From the NCBI GenBank assembly GCA_963674865.2, contig CAXXYE010000003.1, positions 256,001-320,000 of the forward strand: DNA of 64,000 nucleotides, given 5' to 3'. The translations under genes and the position numbers were made by a program. This stretch comes from Candidatus Hydrogenedentota bacterium (GTDB taxonomy: Bacteria > Hydrogenedentota > Hydrogenedentia > Hydrogenedentales > SLHB01). Positions 17,631-28,636 of the stretch are shown one piece after another. Each line of letters opens with the position of its first letter. The stretch's first letter is position 1. Below the pieces are notes generated by a model, which made no database searches, was not told where the DNA came from, and saw nothing but the letters and a program-made list of their open reading frames with translations.

Positions 17631-17912
17631 ACCGCCGCCATATCCGATTCTCGCGAAGACAGCGGGGATGATTTGTCCCGAGTCTCTCCAGCTTGGAGAG
17701 ATGCCTCAGAGGGGCGGGTCATCCCCGTGATGTTCTTCAGGTCCGGCCGCTTTTGGGCGCCGATGTCCGCCGCCCGGGCGAGTTCCTTACGTCGAATACG
17801 CGGTAATGTCCCTGCCTCGTTATGCGCCGGCCGGGCGGACGAGGCAAACGCGCGGGGACAAGAGGTTGCGCCGCGAGCCGTGGCTACCTATCATGGCCGG
17901 AGAGCCGTCTAA

Positions 17913-20018
17913 ATGAGGGGAGTCGTCATGCGAACCGTGAAGACCATCCAAATCGTTGCTGTGCTGGTGTTGCTGTCATCGGGGTGTCAGAGCCTGCGCG
18001 AGGCCGCCGGGCCAGCCGCCTCCAATATCCGGCCTGCTGGCATATTTACTGACAACATGGTGCTTCAGCGAGATATCGATATCCCCGTGTGGGGCTGGGC
18101 CGATCCCGGCGGGCGGGTGACAGTCGCCCTCAACGGCCGACAGGCACGTGCCAAGGTTGGCAGTGACGGCGCATGGATGGTTCGGCTCCGCTCTATGCCC
18201 GCCGGCGGGCCGTATACCATGACGATTCGAGGCGAGGAGGCCTTGATTTTGCGCAACGTAATGGTCGGGGACGTCTGGATATGCTCCGGCCAATCGAATA
18301 TGCAGATGCCGGTGAAGATAGGGGATTACGGCGTCGAGAATGGCGATGCGGAGGTCGCTGCCGCGCGGTTCCCGAATATTCGCCTCTTCATGACGCCCAC
18401 GGTGACCTCCTTTGAGCCGATGGCCGATATCCCGCCCGTTCCCGAAGAGAGTCGGCTGAGTCCGTGGCAAAAGGATAGCCGGCGTTGGTTGATATGCGGG
18501 CCCGATACGGTTCCTCCGTTTTCGGCGGTGGCCTATTTCTTCGGCCGTGCCGTGCATCGCGAGCTTGATGTGCCTATCGGGCTCATCCAAACGGCCTGGG
18601 GAGGAACCGTATGCGAGGCATGGACCGAGACGGAAGCCCTGCTGCCATTGCCGGACCTCGCGGCGGCCGTCGCCGAGATGGAAGCTTCTGTGTCGAAAAT
18701 GCCGGAGCTGCAGCGCGCCTATGAGCGGGAAAAGGCCGCGTGGGAGCAGGAGCACGCGGCGTGGTGGGCGAAGTTTCAGGCCAGCGATCCCGGATATCGC
18801 GATGGCGAGCCACTATGGGCCAAGCCGGACTTTGACGATGGCGACTGGCAAGTCATGGAACTCCCCGGCTACTGGGAATCAGCCGGATTACCTGGTTTCG
18901 ATGGGAATGTGTGGTATCGAAAGGATGTGGTCTTGTCCGGCGATATGGCCGGAAAGCCCCTGACGCTCAGTTTGGGCCCCATCAACGATATGGACCGCAC
19001 GTGGCTTAACGGTGTACTTGTAGGCACCACGGAAACCGACGGCCAGTATCAGACGCCTCGTGTCTACAGCATCCCCGCGGGGGTGGCCAAAGCCGGCAGG
19101 AACGTCATTGCCGTGCGCGTCTACGACATGGGCAACAAAGGCGGCCTGTGGGGAAAGCCGGAAGAACTGCGACTATCCGACGGGGACTCCAACGTTTTCT
19201 CATTGGCCGGTGTGTGGCGGTATCAAACGGGGGCTTCTCTAGCAATGGTTCCTCCGAAGCCGATGCCGCCCAAGTACCGTGTCGGCAATCCCAATTTGCC
19301 CGGCGTGCTTTACAACGCCATGATCGCGCCGCTGATGCCCTTCGGCATTCGAGGCGCCATCTGGTACCAGGGCGAGTCCAATGCATCGCGGGCAGAGGAG
19401 TATCGCTCACTCTTTCCCGCGATGATCCGGAACTGGCGGCAGGCTTGGGGACAAGGCGACTTCCCCTTTCTCTTTGTCCAGCTCGCGAACTGGACGAGAT
19501 ATGAGAGCGGCCAACTCGTGGACGCCGGGTGGCCCGAGCTCCGCGAGGCCCAGCTTATGACGCTCGCCCTCCCCAGCACCGGCATGGCCGTGACCATTGA
19601 TATCGGCAATCCCGAGGACATCCATCCCAAGAATAAACAAGACGTGGGTAGGCGTTTGGCTCTGGCCGCGCGGCACGTAGCCTATGGACAGGATATCGTC
19701 TATTCGGGGCCCGTCTTCAAGGCGATGGTGAGAGAGGGGGACGCCATTCGCCTGCGCTTCGATCATGTCGGCAGCGGCCTTGTTGCCAAGGGCGGCGATG
19801 ACCTCAAGGGCTTCACCGTCGCGGGCATGGACCGCCGGTTCGTTCCCGCGACGGCTCGGACCGCGGGCGACACCATCGTCCTCTCCGCTGACGGCATCCC
19901 CGATCCCGTGGCAGTCCGATACGCGTGGGCCATCAATCCCGACTGCAATCTTTACAATAGGGAAGGTCTGCCCGCGTCTCCTTTCCGGACGGATCACTGG
20001 CCGGCAGCAAGCCGCTAG
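17913..20018 (+). CDS. Sialate O-acetylesterase family lipoprotein with an inserted sugar-binding domain
   Basis: Lipobox LSSGC; DNMVLQR, GDVWICSGQSNM, IWYQGESN, FVQLAN, DIHPKNKQ and LPASPFRTD. Confidence 0.93.
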   Translation: MRGVVMRTVKTIQIVAVLVLLSSGCQSLREAAGPAASNIRPAGIFTDNMVLQRDIDIPVWGWADPGGRVTVALNGRQARAKVGSDGAWMVRLRSMPAGGPYTMTIRGEEALILRNVMVGDVWICSGQSNMQMPVKIGDYGVENGDAEVAAARFPNIRLFMTPTVTSFEPMADIPPVPEESRLSPWQKDSRRWLICGPDTVPPFSAVAYFFGRAVHRELDVPIGLIQTAWGGTVCEAWTETEALLPLPDLAAAVAEMEASVSKMPELQRAYEREKAAWEQEHAAWWAKFQASDPGYRDGEPLWAKPDFDDGDWQVMELPGYWESAGLPGFDGNVWYRKDVVLSGDMAGKPLTLSLGPINDMDRTWLNGVLVGTTETDGQYQTPRVYSIPAGVAKAGRNVIAVRVYDMGNKGGLWGKPEELRLSDGDSNVFSLAGVWRYQTGASLAMVPPKPMPPKYRVGNPNLPGVLYNAMIAPLMPFGIRGAIWYQGESNASRAEEYRSLFPAMIRNWRQAWGQGDFPFLFVQLANWTRYESGQLVDAGWPELREAQLMTLALPSTGMAVTIDIGNPEDIHPKNKQDVGRRLALAARHVAYGQDIVYSGPVFKAMVREGDAIRLRFDHVGSGLVAKGGDDLKGFTVAGMDRRFVPATARTAGDTIVLSADGIPDPVAVRYAWAINPDCNLYNREGLPASPFRTDHWPAASR

Positions 20019-20590
20019 GCACGCAAGAAGGGCTTCGGGACGGGACTGCAAGGCTTGTTTCCCAAGGCCGTGATTACCTGCAACGCGACCAAATCGCGAC
20101 AGGCGCCGGTTCACCGGGGGCGTGAGAACACGTTTTCTTTGCCTTTTTGGGGTCGGTATTCTTTTTTTTCTCATTAATCTATGTAATTGGTAGAAAAAAA
20201 CGCGTGCATCATCTAAGAGACTTCGCTAAGATGATAACTCACGTGTGGGGTGACACGCGGTGTGTTGGCGATTGCCAGCAGGGAAAGACAGGGTTGTGGG
20301 GCACTAGTGTCGGGTGGGACGGTACGTCTACAGTATCCGGCAGTTGCGACGGGGGTCAGTGTTTACGGATGAGAGTTCAGGAGAAGCATTCTCCCTTGGC
20401 CGGCCTCCTGACGAGGCTCGGGCACTTTATTCGGGGACATGGGCGCGGCGAGGCGACTCTCTGCCTTCTTGGCCCAAGCGATTCGTACGACAAGCTCCTA
20501 CGCAATTCGCCATCGGCTTGTGCTGCTGGGCATACGGATCCACACCGTCACGACGGCGTGCTGTTTCCCAACATAGGCAGTATGTAGAGC

Positions 20591-22678
20591 ATGGGCATGA
20601 GTGAGAAGCACCCCCGCCTATTCACCACATGCAGGGCCCTGCGGCGACACCTGCCATTTGTGCTCTTCCTCGTTGTCTTCTATACCTACTGCTCGCACTG
20701 GCTGGCGCGTCTTGCCTCTCTGGACCTCTCCAATGACGAGTTTCAGTTGTTTGAACATGCCAGAAGCCTGATAGAAAACGGACGGTTTCAGCGCATCAAC
20801 ATCGACCCCCTCTTTCTGCCGGGGCTGCCCCGCGGCGCTGTGTTTGCCGTGCTTGCCGCCGCCGCCATGCTGGTGCTGGGCGTTACGGAAACGGCGGGAA
20901 GACTGCCCGCCTTGCTCTCCGGCGCAGCGTGCATGGCCTGTTTCTATGTCATTTGCTATCGTGTGACGCGTCGGCGGGGAATGGCGCTCCTGTGCCCACT
21001 CCTGCTTGCCCTTACGCCGCTTTTCATAAGGTGGCACTTCTGTTGCCGGTTCTACACAACGATTCTGCTTTTTCACGTCCTCACACTGTACTTCTTCTTC
21101 CGCGGCGTGGAGAAACCACTCGCGTCCGACAGGGAGACGCCGTCAGACGAACCATCCAGTCCGAAACACCGACTCGCTAGCCTTCTATGGCGGCCATTTC
21201 GACGCTTCTTGGACGCGGAGCGGCTTAGCCCCGTCTATCTCATTCTGTCTTTTGTCTGCTTCTGGATGAATCTCAACCAGCACCTTGCGCTTGCCATGGC
21301 CGCCTTCGGCCTTTGCGGCTACGGTGCTGTAATGCTGTTGCTAAATGTTGGCGCCCTCACGGCTCGTATCGTTCGCAGGAAGACGGATTCACTCCCTGCC
21401 CCTCCCCTCGCCCAAAGATTCTATGCCAAGTACGCTGTGCTAACGGTTCTGTTCTCTGCGGGTGTCGCTCTGGTTTGGGAGGCCCGTGCCGGCCACGGCG
21501 GGTGGTCCACCGGCATCGCGTTGTTGGATCAGATACCGGCGTCGGTGCACCGCCATCTCGATACCAGCTTGGGCCAGGCGAACACGGCAATGCTTAAGGA
21601 GTTCTTTCCGTCGGCTCATGGGTGGGCGGTGTGCGCCCTTATGGTTCTGGGCGTGATTGCCTTCTGGCTCTACGGGCACGGCACGCGGTATTACGGCATC
21701 TTCTTGGGTGTGAACTACTTGCTCTGCCTGCCCATTGCCGTGTACGGATGGCGGCGTTGTGAGCCACGGTATGGGATATTCTTCCTCGCCATGCACGTCC
21801 CTCTCCTGGCGGCGGGCGTCTATGCCTTCGCCATGGCGCCGTTGGGCATCTGGGTGCGCATTCGGCGTTCGCGCATTATTCCGATGATGGGCCACGTCAT
21901 GCCAACGGCGGTCGCCTTGGGCCTTTTGGCCGCGCTCTATGTGCCGACTCTGAGAACCGGCGCCTATTTCTCTCGTGCGTTCGTGAAGCCCTTTCGCCAG
22001 GTTGAGTACCGGGAGGGCTACGGCTATCTCTTCGCGCATCTCCGGCCCGGCGATGCCGTGGGTTTCCAGTTCAGTCGCGACTACTATGTTAAGCTCATGG
22101 AGAAGAAGCACGGCGTCACTCCGGAGATGTACCATTCCTTCTCGCTTGAAACGCGCCAACGATTTCGATTCCGCACCTTGGCCGCGATCATGAGGGAGCA
22201 TCCGAGCGGCTGGCTGGTTTGGGCCACGCGAAAGGCCGGGCACGTGACGCCATCGGTTCGCGACTTCTGTGCCAAATACCTCACCGAGCACCACCCGACT
22301 AAGAACAACACAATCGTCCTTTACTCCTGGAATCCCGTGCAGACCGCGGAGCTGTTCAGGAAGGTTGACGAGTACCGGCGTGACGGCGAGATTACCTTCG
22401 CTATGCTCGTTATTGACTTGGATGTCCGCGATAGGTGTCACGCATTCTGGAGCCAGCTTTTCGATTCTATCCCTATCGGTGATATTCCGATGAGCGAGCT
22501 GCTGAGACAGCCACTGGACCTCGCCGTTGTCAGGCCGCAGTCTCCGGAAGATCTTCTTCCGGAGAGCCTTCCTCGGCTGTTGGGCCGCTATTGCCAGGAC
22601 TGTGATACCGAGAAGGCCATATACGCCACGATCTTCATGAACGGGAAACAGGGCCTTCTCATTTGCCAGCGTTCATGA
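20591..22678 (+). CDS. GT-C fold membrane glycosyltransferase (ArnT/PMT-like)
   Basis: LSNDE after TM1, GVTETAGRLPALL, RFY, many TM helices and a soluble C-terminal domain. Confidence 0.72.
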   Translation: MGMSEKHPRLFTTCRALRRHLPFVLFLVVFYTYCSHWLARLASLDLSNDEFQLFEHARSLIENGRFQRINIDPLFLPGLPRGAVFAVLAAAAMLVLGVTETAGRLPALLSGAACMACFYVICYRVTRRRGMALLCPLLLALTPLFIRWHFCCRFYTTILLFHVLTLYFFFRGVEKPLASDRETPSDEPSSPKHRLASLLWRPFRRFLDAERLSPVYLILSFVCFWMNLNQHLALAMAAFGLCGYGAVMLLLNVGALTARIVRRKTDSLPAPPLAQRFYAKYAVLTVLFSAGVALVWEARAGHGGWSTGIALLDQIPASVHRHLDTSLGQANTAMLKEFFPSAHGWAVCALMVLGVIAFWLYGHGTRYYGIFLGVNYLLCLPIAVYGWRRCEPRYGIFFLAMHVPLLAAGVYAFAMAPLGIWVRIRRSRIIPMMGHVMPTAVALGLLAALYVPTLRTGAYFSRAFVKPFRQVEYREGYGYLFAHLRPGDAVGFQFSRDYYVKLMEKKHGVTPEMYHSFSLETRQRFRFRTLAAIMREHPSGWLVWATRKAGHVTPSVRDFCAKYLTEHHPTKNNTIVLYSWNPVQTAELFRKVDEYRRDGEITFAMLVIDLDVRDRCHAFWSQLFDSIPIGDIPMSELLRQPLDLAVVRPQSPEDLLPESLPRLLGRYCQDCDTEKAIYATIFMNGKQGLLICQRS

Positions 22679-22934
22679 TGCCTGTCTGCAGTACGCCTGT
22701 TCGTGAGCCCGCTTCTGTGGCACTTCAGGGAGATCTGTGAGCGGCGTCTTGGCCATCAGGGACGCATCAGCGGCGTGACAATTCCCACACCGAAAGGGTA
22801 TAAAGGGCGTTCGGATAGGATGTGTGAGTGCTCAGGAAAGTGTGCGCCCGCGCATTTCCTGGCCGCTTGGGGCGGCATAGAGTATTCTTCATCCAGTTGG
22901 CCGCGTAGGTCGGCAGTCGCCGGAGATCTGAACC

Positions 22935-25493
22935 ATGCCAAAGGTTTCAACATATACCGTCGTTCCCAAGCTGCCCGGGAGGCTCGAGCGTCTTCGAGAG
23001 TTAGCCTACAACCTCTGGTGGTGTTGGAATCCGGAGGCGATCGAGCTGTTCTTTCGCATCGACCGGGACCGCTGGATTGCCACCTTCCAGAATCCCGTAC
23101 GAACGCTCGGAGAAGTCGGGCAATCTCGCCTCGAAGAGCTTGCCAGCGACGATAGTTTCTTGGCCCACCTCGATCGCGTGGTACGTCAATTCGACGAGTA
23201 CATGGGCACGAGTCGCTGGCATGAGAGAAATCCTGAGGCGTCGGAGGATCTCCGTGTAGCCTACGTGTCCGCGGAATTTGGGCTGCTGGAATCGATTTCC
23301 ATCTACTCGGGCGGCCTTGGTGTTCTGGCCGGAGATCATCTGAAGGCGGCCAGCGACATGGGCCTTCCCCTTGTTGGGGTAGGGCTTCTGTACCGTGAGG
23401 GCTACCTCCGCCAGTATCTAAACGCCGACGGGTGGCAGCAAGAGCGCTATCCCAGAAACGACTTCTTCAACCTTCCACTCAGCCTCGAACGAGATGCCGC
23501 GGGGCGGCAAGTCACGATTGAAGTGCCTCTGCCCGAGGGCGTCGCCAAGGCGCGCGTATGGCGTTGTCAGGTGGGCCGGGTTCCGCTCTACCTGTTGGAC
23601 GCCGATTACGACGACAATGACGCCGATGCCCGAGAGATAACAGCCCGCCTATACGGTGGGGACCGCGACATGCGGATCCGGCAGGAGATTCTGTTGGGTA
23701 TGGGGAGTGTCCAGGCGCTCCGTGCCCTGGGTATTCAACCCACGACCTATCATATCAATGAAGGCCATGCGGCGTTTATGACCTTCCAGCGGATCAAGGA
23801 GCTTATTCAGGAGGAAGGGTTGGGCCTGGGCCATGCGATTGAGGTCGTGAAGGCAGGCAGTGTTTTCACCACCCACACGCCGGTTCCCGCGGGCAATGAC
23901 TTGTTCTCGCCGGAGATTATGACGCACTATTTCAGCGCCTATGCCGAGGAAGTCGGCATGTCTATGGAGCAGCTTCTCGGCTTTGGCCGACAGGATCCGG
24001 ACGATTCCCGAGAGCCCTTCTGCATGACCGTCCTTGCTCTCAAGCTCTCTGCCGCTGCCAACGGCGTCAGCAGGCTGCACGGGGAAGTGGCACGAGGCAT
24101 GTGGACGCGAACATGGCCCGGCATTCCCGAGGATGAAGTGCCTATCACGGCCATCACTAACGGCGTACACACCCGGTTCTGGATCTCTCGCGATCTCGCC
24201 GGGTTGTATGATCGATACCTCGGTCCGAGCTGGATTATGGCCCCCGACGACCAGGCAACGTGGGGGCGCGTGGACGAGGTGCCCGACGCCGAATTGTGGC
24301 GCACGCACGAGCGGCGGCGCGAACGCCTCGTCAATTTCGCCAGGAAGCGGCTCGTGGCCCAGTTGGAGCAGCGAGGTATGCCGCGGGCCGAGACGGGCGC
24401 GGCAGGGGAGGCGCTTGACCCCGAGGTGTTGACCATCGGCTTTGCGAGGCGCTTCGCCGCCTACAAGCGAGCTACCCTTATTCTGCAGGACCCCGAGCGC
24501 CTGGTGAGGATCTTGACGAATGAAGACTGCCCGGTGCAGTTTATCATTGCCGGCAAGGCTCATCCCGCCGATAACCAAGGGAAAGAGGTCATACGCGCTC
24601 TCGTGCACTTTGCGCGGAATCCCGAGGTGCGCAATCACTTCATCTTCGTGGAGGATTACGACATCAACGTGGCCCGTTACATGGTGCAGGGGGTGGATTG
24701 TTGGCTCAACACGCCGCGCCGCCCCATGGAGGCCAGCGGCACCAGTGGGATGAAGGCCGCCGCGAACGGGGCCCTCAATATAAGCATTCCCGACGGTTGG
24801 TGGTGCGAGGCGACGGAGCTCGGGGAAAACGGCTGGAATATAGGCCGTGGCGAAACGTATGCGAGCACGGACGAGCAGGATGTAGTCGAGAGCCAGATGC
24901 TCTACGAGATACTTGAAGAGGAAGTTGTCCCGCTCTTCTATAACCGCGGGCGGGACGGTCTTCCGCGAGGCTGGATTCAGCGTATGAAGACGGCCATCCG
25001 AACCACGTGCCCTGTTTTCAATACAAATCGAATGGTGCAGGAGTACACGGATCGCTTCTACATGCCGTGTACACGACGGCGCAACAAACTGTGCTCCGAC
25101 GGCCGCGCCGGCGCCAAGGCATTGGCCGAGTGGAAGACTCGAGTACGTAGCGCTTGGCGGAAGGTCCGGTTCACCGAAGTCCAATCCGGCCCTACCGAGG
25201 GCCTGCCCTATGGCTCAACCCTTCAGGTGACGGCGGATTTGTTCCTCGATACCTTGAGCACGGACGACGTGGTTGTTGAGGTTTACTACGGAGATCTCGA
25301 TGCCCGTGGGGAAATCCACCAGGGACAGACTTCGGTTATGGATTGCACCAAGCAGGCCGGCGACGGCCTCTACCGGTTCGAGGGGGCCATTCTGTGTGAG
25401 CAGACGGGCCAGCACGGTTACATGGTGCGTGTCATGCCAAGCCACGTGAATCTAGCCCAGAAGCACGAGATGGCCCTTATTCACTGGGCATGA
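22935..25493 (+). CDS. glgP: Alpha-glucan (glycogen/maltodextrin) phosphorylase
   Basis: YSGGLGVLAGD, NEGH, FARRFAAYKR and PLP site EASGTSGMK. Confidence 0.97.
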   Translation: MPKVSTYTVVPKLPGRLERLRELAYNLWWCWNPEAIELFFRIDRDRWIATFQNPVRTLGEVGQSRLEELASDDSFLAHLDRVVRQFDEYMGTSRWHERNPEASEDLRVAYVSAEFGLLESISIYSGGLGVLAGDHLKAASDMGLPLVGVGLLYREGYLRQYLNADGWQQERYPRNDFFNLPLSLERDAAGRQVTIEVPLPEGVAKARVWRCQVGRVPLYLLDADYDDNDADAREITARLYGGDRDMRIRQEILLGMGSVQALRALGIQPTTYHINEGHAAFMTFQRIKELIQEEGLGLGHAIEVVKAGSVFTTHTPVPAGNDLFSPEIMTHYFSAYAEEVGMSMEQLLGFGRQDPDDSREPFCMTVLALKLSAAANGVSRLHGEVARGMWTRTWPGIPEDEVPITAITNGVHTRFWISRDLAGLYDRYLGPSWIMAPDDQATWGRVDEVPDAELWRTHERRRERLVNFARKRLVAQLEQRGMPRAETGAAGEALDPEVLTIGFARRFAAYKRATLILQDPERLVRILTNEDCPVQFIIAGKAHPADNQGKEVIRALVHFARNPEVRNHFIFVEDYDINVARYMVQGVDCWLNTPRRPMEASGTSGMKAAANGALNISIPDGWWCEATELGENGWNIGRGETYASTDEQDVVESQMLYEILEEEVVPLFYNRGRDGLPRGWIQRMKTAIRTTCPVFNTNRMVQEYTDRFYMPCTRRRNKLCSDGRAGAKALAEWKTRVRSAWRKVRFTEVQSGPTEGLPYGSTLQVTADLFLDTLSTDDVVVEVYYGDLDARGEIHQGQTSVMDCTKQAGDGLYRFEGAILCEQTGQHGYMVRVMPSHVNLAQKHEMALIHWA

Positions 25494-25589
25494 GGCCCCG
25501 GCCCCAGCGCAGGGAAAGTGAGCGCGCAGGGGAAGAAATAAACGGCTCGGCGGAAGGCGTGGGGGCTTGACGATAAGTCTGGCGGGATC

Positions 25590-27116
25590 TTAGAGCAAGT
25601 CGAATAGGCCCAAGTCGCCTCCCTGCATGATCAGTTCGGCCACGGTGACGAAGAACTGCGTGTCGACTTGGCCCTGGAAAAGATTGTCCAGGGCGTGGAA
25701 GAAGTCCACGAGGCTCTCGATGCTTGCGACGAGTTCACTTGTTTCGGCTGAAAGCTCGGATGTGTCCTCTTGGGTTCCGCTGTAAACATAGAGTCCACGC
25801 AGCATCTCGATGGCCGCACGTTGAATGTCGAGGCCGGCTAGTTCCTCTTGGGCAAACTGGGCGCCCTCGTCCAACTGCATTCCCAGTTCCTGGACCGCTT
25901 CATAGATTGTCCGGGCCGCTTCGATATCGCCCGTTTCCTCGTAGTACTTCCCGTACTCCAGAAGCGTGTCGCCAAGGCCGCACAGGAAGTCGCGCTCTTC
26001 GGCGCCGGCCGTCAGTGCCGTTAGGAGCTTCGCCGCCTGGGGGTCCATACCGCTTTCCACGAGCGCTTGTTCGCGATATGCCGCCGCCTGCAGGGCGTAC
26101 GCGCTTGCCTTGTCCAGCGCGCGGGCTTGGGCGAGCATCGCAAGCGCCTTTTCTAGGTTGCCGTTCTCCAGGAGGAGCCTTGCTTCCATGTAGTAGCTCA
26201 GGGCGTTGTCGGGATCCAGGTCGTGCAACGAGGCGAGTTGAACGGGTTCGGTGGCCGTCGTGGTTCGCTCAGAAGTCTTTCTGGCTAGTGCAAACCGCAG
26301 GTATGGGTCATCCGGCGAGTGCCCGACAACCTTGAGAAGGAGCAGTTCGGCTTCTTCCGGCGCAAGGGCTTGACATGCGCCGACAATCGCCGCGTCCGAG
26401 GCCTCCGCACGTTCCGCCACGGTGCGTGCCTGTTCCTGGGTTAGTGACGCCCATTGTGTCAGTCGCTGCAAAGGCCCGTTATCCGCGCCGCCGTCCCGTC
26501 GTGCGGCGATGACGTCCTGGATGGTCAATTGCGCCAGGTCGGGAGGCGTGGTTGCTTCCATCGCCGTCTCATCGATAATGCTGGGGGGAGCCGTGGGCTC
26601 CACCGGTAGCTCAGTGCCCTGTGCCAAGTGGAGCTCCGGATTCTGGAATGTGCCGGGTAATGGCGTCGGTGCTTCATCTCGAGACGGTGCGCCGTGCCCT
26701 TCGGCCGGGCCGTGTGCCACACGTTCCGGCACATTGGCGTTGAAGCTAAGTAGCCACCAGGCTATTGCTACGCCGAGGGCCACGAGAACACCAGCGGCGG
26801 CGGCCGCCCAGTTCACAGTGAAAGTGGGGCGCCACCAGAGGCGCCGCAGGGCAGGCGCCTGCTCGGGCGTCGCGGTGAGTTTCCGGACAGCGTCAAGCAC
26901 TCCCGGCACCAAATCCCTATGCGGCACATCAACGAGTAGGCTGTCGCCCAGTGCCTCAAGGTCAACCTTGGCCCCCACGAGCCACTCGTACTCCTCACGG
27001 CACGCCGGGCAATACGCCAGATGGCGCTGGATCTCCTCGGCTTCCTCCGCATGCAGCGCATTCTCGACCAAGTCAAGTAGCCTGGCCCCATATGTCTCAC
27101 ACGCTCGTTGGTTCAC
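25590..27116 (-). CDS. zf-HC2 anti-sigma factor with a TM helix and a large TPR-like extracytoplasmic domain
   Basis: HLAYCPAC (HxxxCxxC), TM segment, DPDNALSYY TPR-like repeats; coupled to the ECF sigma gene. Confidence 0.82.
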   Translation of the reverse strand: MNQRACETYGARLLDLVENALHAEEAEEIQRHLAYCPACREEYEWLVGAKVDLEALGDSLLVDVPHRDLVPGVLDAVRKLTATPEQAPALRRLWWRPTFTVNWAAAAAGVLVALGVAIAWWLLSFNANVPERVAHGPAEGHGAPSRDEAPTPLPGTFQNPELHLAQGTELPVEPTAPPSIIDETAMEATTPPDLAQLTIQDVIAARRDGGADNGPLQRLTQWASLTQEQARTVAERAEASDAAIVGACQALAPEEAELLLLKVVGHSPDDPYLRFALARKTSERTTTATEPVQLASLHDLDPDNALSYYMEARLLLENGNLEKALAMLAQARALDKASAYALQAAAYREQALVESGMDPQAAKLLTALTAGAEERDFLCGLGDTLLEYGKYYEETGDIEAARTIYEAVQELGMQLDEGAQFAQEELAGLDIQRAAIEMLRGLYVYSGTQEDTSELSAETSELVASIESLVDFFHALDNLFQGQVDTQFFVTVAELIMQGGDLGLFDLL

Positions 27117-27700
27117 AGGTCCTTCCTATGCGGCGCATAGCGCTCACGAAGCGCCCGCAATATCCGGTGGAGTTTCGTCCTAACCGCGCCTTCCGTGCTA
27201 CCGATGATCTCGCCAATAGCCCGCGCCTGCATCCGCTCAAAGAACCGCAAGACAACAATCTCTCGCGATTCCTCGTCCAGCGAGTCAAGTGCCTTCAGCA
27301 GAAGCTCGCGGCGCTCCGCCTCCATAAGCTGCTCATCCGGGCTGTCGGCAGCGGAGGGGAGCACCTCGCCTGACGCTGCCCGCGCCGTGCTCGCGTACTC
27401 CTCAAGGGATTCCATCGGCACGGCCTTCTTGCGCTTCAACTCATTCAGGCACAGGTTTCGGGCAATACATAGAATCCAAGGCCGGAACTTTCGCTTGGGG
27501 TCGAAGCGCGCCCGTGCCACGTACACCCGCACGAAGGTCTCTTGAGCCATGTCCTGTGCCCGCTCAACATTTCTCAAATAGTGCAGACAGAAGCGGAATA
27601 TGTCATCTTGATAACGAGCCACGAGGGCAGCCACTGCCGCTTGATCGCCGCGACAAAGCGAGGCTACCAGTTCCTCGTCCGTTCTGTCGGCCGCGTTCAC
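27113..27700 (-). CDS. ECF sigma factor (start approximate, GTG)
   Basis: DEELV...AQDMAQETFVRVY...FRPWILCIARNLCLN, plus region 4 GSTEGAVRTKLHR. Confidence 0.92.
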   Translation of the reverse strand: MNAADRTDEELVASLCRGDQAAVAALVARYQDDIFRFCLHYLRNVERAQDMAQETFVRVYVARARFDPKRKFRPWILCIARNLCLNELKRKKAVPMESLEEYASTARAASGEVLPSAADSPDEQLMEAERRELLLKALDSLDEESREIVVLRFFERMQARAIGEIIGSTEGAVRTKLHRILRALRERYAPHRKDL

Positions 27701-27922
27701 AGGCCGCTTCGCTTCTTCCACTAGCCCTTGTCCCGCCAGCCCTGTGCCGCGCGAGGCGCTGCAACGGGCGGGACCCGGTGCAAGCCTGCACCCAATATAC
27801 AAACGGGATCGGCAAACATCACGGGCCTTTGGACCTCCATTTCAGAGCATTAAGCTCCACGAAAACAAGTCTAATTCGTTCGTTATCAATATGTTAGTGG
27901 CGATCCGGGCTTCCGGCGCCCA

Positions 27923-28636
27923 TTACATCTTGGAATGCAGCAGGCGTCGCAAATTATCCCGCGAATTCTGCCAAGCCAGCGCACGGTCGTAATCCCGGTA
28001 GGCTCTTTCGCGGCGGGTGAACTCCCGCGTGTGTATCCGTCGGCGACCCGAAGCCAGTTCCTCGATGCCCAGCAGCGCGTGGAGCATCTCATGAAACACG
28101 ATATACCGGACAAAGTATCGTGGAACAAAAGCCTGGTCGAGGAGAGGATGGACGCGAATGAGCTCATCCTCGGATGAATAACTGCCGAAACGTATAGATC
28201 GGCGTGGCCGGACCGCGGGCATGCGCCCCCAAGTGATACGTGCAGTGACGGGCTGGTCGAAGTCCTCGCGGTTCAGTTCCTCAAACAGCGCCCACAGGTC
28301 AAAGTGGGTTCCCTGGGAGCGGATGGTGCGTCCGTTGTTCGGGCGCTGTCGGATCTGATGTCGATTCTCGCGGATGAATTCGTCGATCACCGCTGCTGCG
28401 CGCGGTGCCGAGCCTCGAGCGGTGAGCCATCGGGCCAGTGCATTCACCACGGCCGGACTCGCGCACAAGAACATGTGATGAAGACGCAGACGCACAGCGC
28501 CCTGACGCGCTCTCGGGGCGGTGCTTAACACCGTCGAGGTGTTATCCGTGATGGTTAGATGCAGGCGGAGTCCGCTGCGCGCCTCCAGCTCGCGGTGCAG
28601 CGTCGCTCCATCCCGCCAGGAAAACTCCAACTGCAT
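27923..28636 (-). CDS. SprT-like/YgjP-type zinc metalloprotease
   Basis: FGSY...IRVHPLLD...YIVFHEMLH (HExxH) with a downstream His. Confidence 0.8.
   Translation of the reverse strand: MQLEFSWRDGATLHRELEARSGLRLHLTITDNTSTVLSTAPRARQGAVRLRLHHMFLCASPAVVNALARWLTARGSAPRAAAVIDEFIRENRHQIRQRPNNGRTIRSQGTHFDLWALFEELNREDFDQPVTARITWGRMPAVRPRRSIRFGSYSSEDELIRVHPLLDQAFVPRYFVRYIVFHEMLHALLGIEELASGRRRIHTREFTRRERAYRDYDRALAWQNSRDNLRRLLHSKM

Noticed and set aside
23649..25184. 511-aa minus-strand ORF and similar long antisense ORFs elsewhere (e.g. 50369-51280, 48847-49782)
   Set aside because: They lie wholly opposite well-supported genes.
27884..27896. IHF consensus TATCAATATGTTA (also TATCAAGTCGTTA at 40341-40353) as att or dif sites
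   Set aside because: Short matches with no integrase, tRNA or XerC/D arm structure; at most ordinary IHF sites.
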